Source: Candidatus Omnitrophota bacterium (lineage in GTDB: Bacteria; Omnitrophota; Gorgyraeia; Zapsychrales; Fredricksoniimonadaceae). Taken from it: a stretch of 64,000 bases of DNA. Below the pieces are notes generated by a model. That model did no database searches. It was not told the origin of the DNA and was given only the letters and a program-made list of their open reading frames with translations. The DNA lies in contig CAIVRE010000007.1 of assembly GCA_903908245.1 (NCBI GenBank), forward strand, positions 4,984 through 68,983. Reading direction: 5' to 3'. A program made the translations under genes and the position numbers. Positions 58,056 to 64,000 of this stretch are shown piece by piece. Positions within the stretch are counted from its first letter, which is position 1. Every line of letters starts with the position of its first letter.

Positions 58056-58472
58056 ATGGAAATCATTGAACATTTTCTTTATACCAAAGAGCATGAGTGG
58101 GTCAGTATTGAAGACAATACGGGCACTGTCGGGATCACGGATTATGCCCAGCAGGCTCTGGGGGATATCACCTATGTCGAGCTTCCGGGAGTGGATAAGG
58201 ATGTCGAGCAGTTCGAGCAGCTTCTTTCGGTGGAGTCGGTCAAGTCTGCCAGTGATATTTTTTCGCCGGTTTCCGGCAAGGTGATCGAAGTCAATGAGGA
58301 CCTGGTGGATGATCCGTCCATTCTTAACCGTTATTGTTATGACAAGGGCTGGATCGTCAGGATCGAGATCTCCGACGCGGATGAGACATCCAATCTTTTG
58401 ACAGCCGATGAGTACCGCAATTACCTCGCAAGCCTGGACCGCAATGATAACGGGGAATCCCTCGAAGAGTGA
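58056..58472 (+). CDS. gcvH: glycine cleavage system H protein
   Basis: YTKEHEWV...ITDYAQQALGDITYVELP...ESVKSASDIFSPVSG contains the lipoyl-Lys motif. Confidence 0.9.
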   Translation: MEIIEHFLYTKEHEWVSIEDNTGTVGITDYAQQALGDITYVELPGVDKDVEQFEQLLSVESVKSASDIFSPVSGKVIEVNEDLVDDPSILNRYCYDKGWIVRIEISDADETSNLLTADEYRNYLASLDRNDNGESLEE

Positions 58473-58500
58473 TCGCTGTTTAATGTAAGATCGCCGGAAT

Positions 58501-59841
58501 ATGAATCCTTATATTGCCAATACTCCCGAAGATGTCCGCCTTATGCTCGAGGCTGTCGGTGCGCGCTCTATCGACGACTTGTTCGTCGATATCCAGCCCC
58601 GCCATGCGCCGCGATCATTTGATCTGCCGGAAGGCCTTTCCGAATATGAAGTGGTCCGTCATCTCAATGACCTGTCGCTGAAGAATATGGTTGGCCCCGT
58701 GCCTTTTATCGGCGGAGGGTATTACGACCATTATGTCCCGGCCGCCTGTCAGGCCTTGATCGCCCGGGGGGAATTTTATACGGCGTATACTCCGTATCAG
58801 CCGGAATGCGCGCAGGGGACCCTTCAGGCGCTTTTTGAGTTCCAGAGCTGTATCTGCGCGCTGACGGGGATGGATGTGGCGAATGCCTCGCTTTACGAAG
58901 GGGGTACGGCCCTTTACGAGGCGATGATGATGGCGCTGCGGATCACCGGGCGCAACAGGGTCGTTATCGATAGCGGCGTCAGCCCGATCTACCGCAAGAT
59001 CTTAAAGTCGTATACGCACAGTCTGAACATCGAGTTCATTGAAACACCGGTCCTGCATGGCCAGGGGGATCGTTCGGCCATTAATAAGGTCCTTGATGGT
59101 GCGACAGCCGCGGTCATCCTGCAGAATCCGAATTTCTTCGGTGCCATTGATGATCATGCGGATATTGCCGCCAAGGCCCATGCCTGCGGGGCGCTTCTTA
59201 TTGAAAGTGTTTATCCTGTTTCGCTGGGATTGCTCAAGACCCCGGCGGAGATGGGGGCGGATATCGTGACCGGTGAAGGCCAGTCGCTGGGGCTGCCGCT
59301 TAATTTCGGCGGCCCGTATCTTGGTTTTATTGCCGCCAGGAAAAAATATATCCGCCAGATGCCCGGGCGTATCGTCGGAGAGACGGTCGACGCGCAAGGC
59401 CGTCGTTGTTTTGTCAATACGCTCCAGGCGCGGGAGCAGCATATCCGCCGCGAAAAAGCCACGTCGAATATCTGCACCAATGTCGCGCTTTGTGCTACCC
59501 AGGCGGCTATTTTTATGTCGCTGGTAGGGAAAGAGGGCTTGAAGGACCTGGCTCAACTTAATTGCGATAAAGCGGAGTTCCTCAAAAGCCGGCTTGCGAT
59601 GATCAAGGGCGTCGAGGTCAAGCGTTCTTCGCCGACTTTCAATGAATTTACGGTGTGCCTGTCGAGGAGCGCCAATGATGTGGTCGAGCGGATGATGATG
59701 CGCGGCTTCGCCGCCGGGTTCCCCCTCGGGCGTTATTATGACGGGATGGACAATTATCTTCTGATCGCTGTAACGGAAAAGCGTACCCGGGCCGAGCTTG
59801 ATGGCTATGCAAAGGCCCTTGAAGAGGTATTGCGCGCATGA
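58501..59841 (+). CDS. gcvPA: glycine dehydrogenase (decarboxylating) subunit 1
   Basis: MNPYIANTPEDVRLMLEAVG...GGGYYDHYVP...TAYTPYQPE is the P-protein N-terminal half. Confidence 0.9.
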   Translation: MNPYIANTPEDVRLMLEAVGARSIDDLFVDIQPRHAPRSFDLPEGLSEYEVVRHLNDLSLKNMVGPVPFIGGGYYDHYVPAACQALIARGEFYTAYTPYQPECAQGTLQALFEFQSCICALTGMDVANASLYEGGTALYEAMMMALRITGRNRVVIDSGVSPIYRKILKSYTHSLNIEFIETPVLHGQGDRSAINKVLDGATAAVILQNPNFFGAIDDHADIAAKAHACGALLIESVYPVSLGLLKTPAEMGADIVTGEGQSLGLPLNFGGPYLGFIAARKKYIRQMPGRIVGETVDAQGRRCFVNTLQAREQHIRREKATSNICTNVALCATQAAIFMSLVGKEGLKDLAQLNCDKAEFLKSRLAMIKGVEVKRSSPTFNEFTVCLSRSANDVVERMMMRGFAAGFPLGRYYDGMDNYLLIAVTEKRTRAELDGYAKALEEVLRA

Positions 59842-61304
59842 ACCTTATTTTTGAACAGTCAGTTGCGGGGCGCCGGGGGGTTAAGCTGCCGGTATCAGAT
59901 GTGCCGGTGAAGGCTGTTCTGCCTTCCAGGTATTTACGCGCCTGTGCGGCTCAATGGCCCGAGGTTTCCGAGCTGGATGTCGTGCGGCACTTTACCCGTT
60001 TGTCCCAGCGGAATTTTTCGGTTGATGCCAATTTTTATCCGCTCGGTTCATGCACCATGAAATATAACCCGAAATTCACCGAGAAGGTGGCGGGCATGAG
60101 CGGCTTTGCGGACCTTCATCCGTTGCTGCCTCAGCTGAAAGGCGGCGAGAAATATGCCCAGGGCGCGCTGGAGGTCCTTTATGAATGTGAGCGCTGGCTG
60201 TGCGCGATCACCGGGATGAAAGCGTATACCATGCAGCCGCTGGCGGGTGCTCACGGCGAGCTGACAGGCATTATGCTGATGGCGGCGTATCATAAGGCCA
60301 AAGGCAATACGAAAAAGAAGTTTGTTATCGTCCCGGATTCTGCCCATGGCACTAATCCTGCCAGCGCCGCGGTGGCCGGTTATTCCATTATTTCTGTTCC
60401 GTCGGATAAGCGGGGCGTGATGGACCTTGAGAAACTTAAGGGTGTGCTGACGGATGAAGTGGCGGGGCTGATGATGACCTGTCCTGATACCCATGGGGTC
60501 TTTAATCCGCAGATCGACGAGATCGCGCGCCTGATCCATTCGGTTGACGGGATCATGTATTATGACGGAGCCAATCTCAACGCCATTCTCGGGCGTGCCC
60601 GCCCGGGGGACCTGGGGTTTGATGTGGTGCATTTGAATCTGCACAAGACATTTGCTACCCCTCATGGCGGCGGCGGTCCCGGGTCCGGTCCGGTGGGAGT
60701 CAGCGGGAAACTTGAACCGTTTCTGCCGGTATCGCGCGTGATGAAACGTTCTGACGGCGTCTTTGCCCTGAATTATGACTATCCGGATTCCATCGGATAT
60801 ATCGCGTCTTTTTACGGCGCTTTCGGGATCATCCTCAGGGCTTATGCCTATATGTTGATCCTCGGGCGGGAAGGCCTCAAGCAGACGGCCGACCATGCTG
60901 TGTTGAACGCGAATTACCTGCTGCATAAATTGAAGCCTTATTACCAGGTCGCTTTTGACCGGGTGTGTATGCACGAATGCCTTTTTTCCGCCTCCCGGCA
61001 GCTGGAGCGTGGTGTTCACGCGATCGATATCGCCAAGTTCCTTATCGACAGGAATATCCATCCGCCGACAGTCTATTTTCCGCTGACGGTCAAGGAGGCG
61101 ATCATGATCGAGCCGACCGAGACGGAAAGCAGGGCTACGCTTGACGAGTTCGCCGCGGCCATGATCGAGGCGGCCGCCCTGGTCAAGTCTTCACCGGATG
61201 TTTTTCATTCTTTTCCGGCCACGATGCCTATTTCCCGTCCGGATGAGGTCAAGGCCGCGCGTGAAATGAAGGTGAATTTCTTTGCCCGCCCCGATGCGCG
61301 TTGA
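59838..61304 (+). CDS. gcvPB: glycine dehydrogenase (decarboxylating) subunit 2
   Basis: LGSCTMKYNP...HLNLHKTFATPHGGGGPG has the PLP-lysine motif NLHKTF. ATGA overlap with gcvPA. Confidence 0.9.
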   Translation: MNLIFEQSVAGRRGVKLPVSDVPVKAVLPSRYLRACAAQWPEVSELDVVRHFTRLSQRNFSVDANFYPLGSCTMKYNPKFTEKVAGMSGFADLHPLLPQLKGGEKYAQGALEVLYECERWLCAITGMKAYTMQPLAGAHGELTGIMLMAAYHKAKGNTKKKFVIVPDSAHGTNPASAAVAGYSIISVPSDKRGVMDLEKLKGVLTDEVAGLMMTCPDTHGVFNPQIDEIARLIHSVDGIMYYDGANLNAILGRARPGDLGFDVVHLNLHKTFATPHGGGGPGSGPVGVSGKLEPFLPVSRVMKRSDGVFALNYDYPDSIGYIASFYGAFGIILRAYAYMLILGREGLKQTADHAVLNANYLLHKLKPYYQVAFDRVCMHECLFSASRQLERGVHAIDIAKFLIDRNIHPPTVYFPLTVKEAIMIEPTETESRATLDEFAAAMIEAAALVKSSPDVFHSFPATMPISRPDEVKAAREMKVNFFARPDAR

Positions 61305-61932
61305 CCTTTCCGGTTTTATCGATCCCCGCATGAATCTGGATTATGATGACCAGTTGCTCCGCAGCGCCGAGGCGGGCGCAGGAGAGGTGCTGCGTTTCTG
61401 GGAGTCTCCTTCTTATTTTGTTGTATTGGGCCGGACCTGCAAGGAGCAGGAAGATGTGGCCGGTGAGGCTTGCCGGCGTGACAATATCCCTGTCCTTCGC
61501 CGCAGTTCCGGTGGCGGGACGGTCCTGCAGGGGCCGGGGTGTCTGAATTTTGCCGTGGTGCTTGTAAAAAATAATAATGCCGCGCTCGCTTCGATCACGG
61601 GGTCATATGGGCATATCCTTGGAAAAGTGGTCCGGGCCATGAAAGGTCTTGGAGTTGAGGCGGTTTTTCGCCCGGTTTGCGACCTGGCCCTCGCTTCGAC
61701 TGACCGGAAATTCTCCGGTAATGCCCAGCGCCGGGGCAGGAACTGTATCCTTCATCATGGCACGATCCTTTATGGGTTCGATCTTGATCGTATCGGCCAG
61801 TATCTGAAGATGCCGAATAAAATGCCTGGCTATCGTAATGCCCGGTCGCATGACCTTTTTGTCGCCAATATTCCCGCCCGTCCTGAAGAGATCCGCCGCG
61901 CTATTACGGCAAGTTTTCTTTGCGGATCGTAG
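61282..61932 (+). CDS. lipoate-protein ligase / octanoyltransferase family protein (BPL_LplA_LipB domain)
   Basis: RRSSGGGTVLQGPGCLNF...KFSGNAQRR (Lys in KFSGNAQ) is LplA/LipB-like. It lies directly downstream of gcvH/P. Exact start uncertain (61282/61294/61330). Confidence 0.7.
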   Translation: MPAPMRVDLSGFIDPRMNLDYDDQLLRSAEAGAGEVLRFWESPSYFVVLGRTCKEQEDVAGEACRRDNIPVLRRSSGGGTVLQGPGCLNFAVVLVKNNNAALASITGSYGHILGKVVRAMKGLGVEAVFRPVCDLALASTDRKFSGNAQRRGRNCILHHGTILYGFDLDRIGQYLKMPNKMPGYRNARSHDLFVANIPARPEEIRRAITASFLCGS

Positions 61933-61992
61933 TGACGATCCATGGATCGCTCTGGCTGATTTTTTATTTTCTTTTCGCATCAAAGTGCTACA

Positions 61993-63297
61993 ATGACGCC
62001 ACTTATGCGAAAAATCTTTTATTTTCTTCTGGTTTTTCTTCTTGCAGCGGTTTGTCCCGGAATGACCGCAGATAAGCCGCCGGTTCCGGTGCCTGCCGTC
62101 CAATCGTCATCTGGACTGACTGTAAGATCGTCCGCAAAGCGGACGGTGCGTGACGAATGCCTCGCCTATTTCGAAGAACTTTATCAGAAGATGGATGAGA
62201 ATTATTATTTTGATCTTCGCCGGGCGGATTATGACCGGTTCATTAAAGCATTTGACGAGAAGATCTATCCCAGTCTTCTCCTGGAAGGGAAAAGCAATGA
62301 TTATGTCCGCTGGCGCAGCACCGCGTATCTGGTGGATTTCCTGAAACAGCCGGATGATGTTTTTTCCCGTTTCTTGCCGCCGAAGCCTGCCGAAAAGTTC
62401 GCCCAGGAAGTTTATGGCCAGAAGATCGACCTGGGGATCGAAGGCCGGATGGAGCCTTCGGGTTTTGTGGTCAGCTTTATCGAGCCGCGTTCGGATGCCT
62501 ATGCGCTGGGCTTGCGCGAGAATGACCTTATTGTGCAGATCGATGGCGAGGACGTTTTGAAACTGGGGCAAGACAAGGTCAGGGCCAGGCTGATCCCGCT
62601 GGCGGGTTCAAAGGTGACACTGGACTATATTGACGGGATCGTGCGCAAGCCTCATGTGATCGCGCCGGTGAGCAAGGAGTATTACAAGCAGACCGTTTTT
62701 CTTAAGGCAACAGGGGTGCCGGACATTTATTGTCTGGATATCCAGAAGTTCAATCGCACAACGAATGAGGATGCCGGACGGTTCCTTCCATTGATAGCGG
62801 CGAAGAATCCGCGGGGGATTGTGATCGACCTGCGCAATAATCCCGGCGGTCCGCCGTTAGCGGCCTTGATGATCGCGGCGTTCTTTTTGCCGAACGAAGA
62901 ACTGTTCGCGTATTTTGAGGGCCGGCACAAGCCCCGTTCCGAGCTGGTGATCCCGCGCCTGCCGGACCAGTTCCATTATAACTGGCCGATGGTGATCCTT
63001 GTCAATAGCGGGACGGGCAGTGCGTCCGAGCTTTTTTCAGGTGTTATGCAGGCGCGCAAGCGGGCTGTCGTGATCGGGCGTGATACGGCGGGGCAGGTCC
63101 TTTTGAAAAGCATTTTTGATATGTCCGACGGTTCGAGCCTGGCGATGGTGGTAGCCCGCGGGCATTTTCCGGATGGCCGGGCATTTCCGTTCGACGGGGT
63201 CAAGCCCAACGAGTATGTGCCCGATGAGATCCCGGCGGACCAGATGATCGGGAATGCCGCTAAATACCTTTTATTGAAAGCCGAAGGGCGGTTGTGA
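61993..63297 (+). CDS. S41 family C-terminal processing peptidase
   Basis: Signal peptide, a PDZ-like region and the S41 catalytic block (IVIDLRNNPGG...VILVNSGTGSASELFSG). Confidence 0.85.
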   Translation: MTPLMRKIFYFLLVFLLAAVCPGMTADKPPVPVPAVQSSSGLTVRSSAKRTVRDECLAYFEELYQKMDENYYFDLRRADYDRFIKAFDEKIYPSLLLEGKSNDYVRWRSTAYLVDFLKQPDDVFSRFLPPKPAEKFAQEVYGQKIDLGIEGRMEPSGFVVSFIEPRSDAYALGLRENDLIVQIDGEDVLKLGQDKVRARLIPLAGSKVTLDYIDGIVRKPHVIAPVSKEYYKQTVFLKATGVPDIYCLDIQKFNRTTNEDAGRFLPLIAAKNPRGIVIDLRNNPGGPPLAALMIAAFFLPNEELFAYFEGRHKPRSELVIPRLPDQFHYNWPMVILVNSGTGSASELFSGVMQARKRAVVIGRDTAGQVLLKSIFDMSDGSSLAMVVARGHFPDGRAFPFDGVKPNEYVPDEIPADQMIGNAAKYLLLKAEGRL

Positions 63298-63301
63298 ACG
63301 C

Positions 63302-63652
63302 ATGATACTGTTAAAGATCTTTATGCTGCAACTTGTTGCCGTGGCAGTGATTTTATTCGTGCTGTGGAAAATGCTCAGGCGGGAGCTGGTCGAGGCGGCA
63401 TTGCAGGCGCTTGAAGCAGCCGCGCCGCGCAGCGATGTGGCCGAGGTTTCGGCCGTTTCGGCCGCGGCGCTTTCTTCCGTCGATGAAGCAAGGTTAATGG
63501 CGCTGTTAAAGCAAAAGTTCCCGTCTGCGGCCATTGGCCTGGCGGTGAACGCACAGATCCGTAGCGGGCTGGTCATTAAAGCAGGCGAGTTGTTATTGGA
63601 TTACAGTTTTTTAACAAGGATGAAAAGTCTCTTTGGTCAACAGGATACGTGA
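63302..63652 (+). CDS. hypothetical small membrane protein
   Basis: 116 aa, with an N-terminal hydrophobic helix then an Ala-rich helical region. Positioned 4 nt after the S41 stop. Confidence 0.35.
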   Translation: MILLKIFMLQLVAVAVILFVLWKMLRRELVEAALQALEAAAPRSDVAEVSAVSAAALSSVDEARLMALLKQKFPSAAIGLAVNAQIRSGLVIKAGELLLDYSFLTRMKSLFGQQDT

Positions 63653-63653
63653 A

Positions 63654-64000
63654 ATGAAAATATTGGCCATTATCCCGGCGTACAATGAGTCGGGCAATAT
63701 TGAGCGGGTGGTGCGGGAGGTGCTGGCGCTGCCTTTGTCTGTGGTCCCCCTGGTGATCGATGATGGGTCGGCGGATGATACAGCGGTGTGTGCCAGGCGG
63801 GCGGGAGCCCGGGTGATCGTGCTTCCTTTTAATCTGGGGATCGGGGGAGCGGTGCAGGCCGGTTATCGCTATGCTGACGTCAATGGTTTTGATATCGCGA
63901 TCCAGGTCGACGGTGACGGCCAGCATGATGTATCATACCTGGCGGCCATTATCAGGCCTCTGACGGAGGCTCGGGCCGACATGGTCATCGGCAGCCGTTT
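63654..64000 (+). CDS. family 2 glycosyltransferase (DPM1-like), N-terminal fragment (3' end outside window)
   Basis: MKILAIIPAYNESGNIERVV...PLVIDDGSADDT...VLPFNLGIGGAVQAGY has the GT-A DxD/DDGS signature. Confidence 0.75.
   Translation, partial: MKILAIIPAYNESGNIERVVREVLALPLSVVPLVIDDGSADDTAVCARRAGARVIVLPFNLGIGGAVQAGYRYADVNGFDIAIQVDGDGQHDVSYLAAIIRPLTEARADMVIGSR

Overview
This is a 64-kb bacterial chromosomal window at roughly 55-58% GC, packed with genes, 53 of about 55 on the + strand. Only a GspB-like/ExeA-like AAA ATPase pair (13976-15327) is on the - strand. The housekeeping genes are:
- 1-4.9 kb: the accC 3' end, an Asp23/AmaP pair, pfkA, gmhA, the adenylyltransferase half of the ADP-heptose pathway, and thiE.
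- 4.9-13.9 kb: tRNA-Gly(CCC), then a translationally coupled operon of LysM/M23 peptidase, Arch-type ATPase, metallophosphoesterase, HIT hydrolase, dGTPase and GAF-HD-GYP, followed by SPOR and SH3b proteins, an M50 protease and aroB.
- 15.4-23.2 kb: RluA, a MazG-like protein, uvrB, a retropepsin-like protease, a PP-loop ATPase, coaX and an extended LemA.
- 23.4-32.2 kb: groES-groEL with a sigma70 promoter and terminator, a CBS-less IMPDH-family gene, guaA and dnaE.
- 52.1-64 kb: DUF167, a GatB/YqeY protein, a polysaccharide deacetylase, a 1088-aa unknown, the glycine cleavage operon gcvT-H-PA-PB with a lipoate ligase, an S41 peptidase and the start of a GT2.
The standout region is 32.2-51.3 kb: a 3445-aa giant cell-surface protein (three diverged beta-helix-like modules, a DUF11 domain, a long C-terminal beta-rich region and a helical tail), immediately followed by a 2027-aa predicted lipoprotein built from about 20 tandem copies of a helical motif I do not recognise ('...LY..A..LYK...Y.EAK.KF.EVE..YPDYK.TR.YL.RID.DI...'), then a small membrane coiled-coil protein, an AsmA-like protein, a single-domain PilZ receptor and another membrane coiled-coil protein. 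Together with two more tandem PilZ genes next to the ExeA/GspB-like pair and the HD-GYP phosphodiesterase, this looks like a c-di-GMP-wired envelope/adhesion system that is not a described family. No rRNA, CRISPR array, transposase or integrase was found. Coordinates of start codons are approximate where the supplied ORF track used non-ATG starts.
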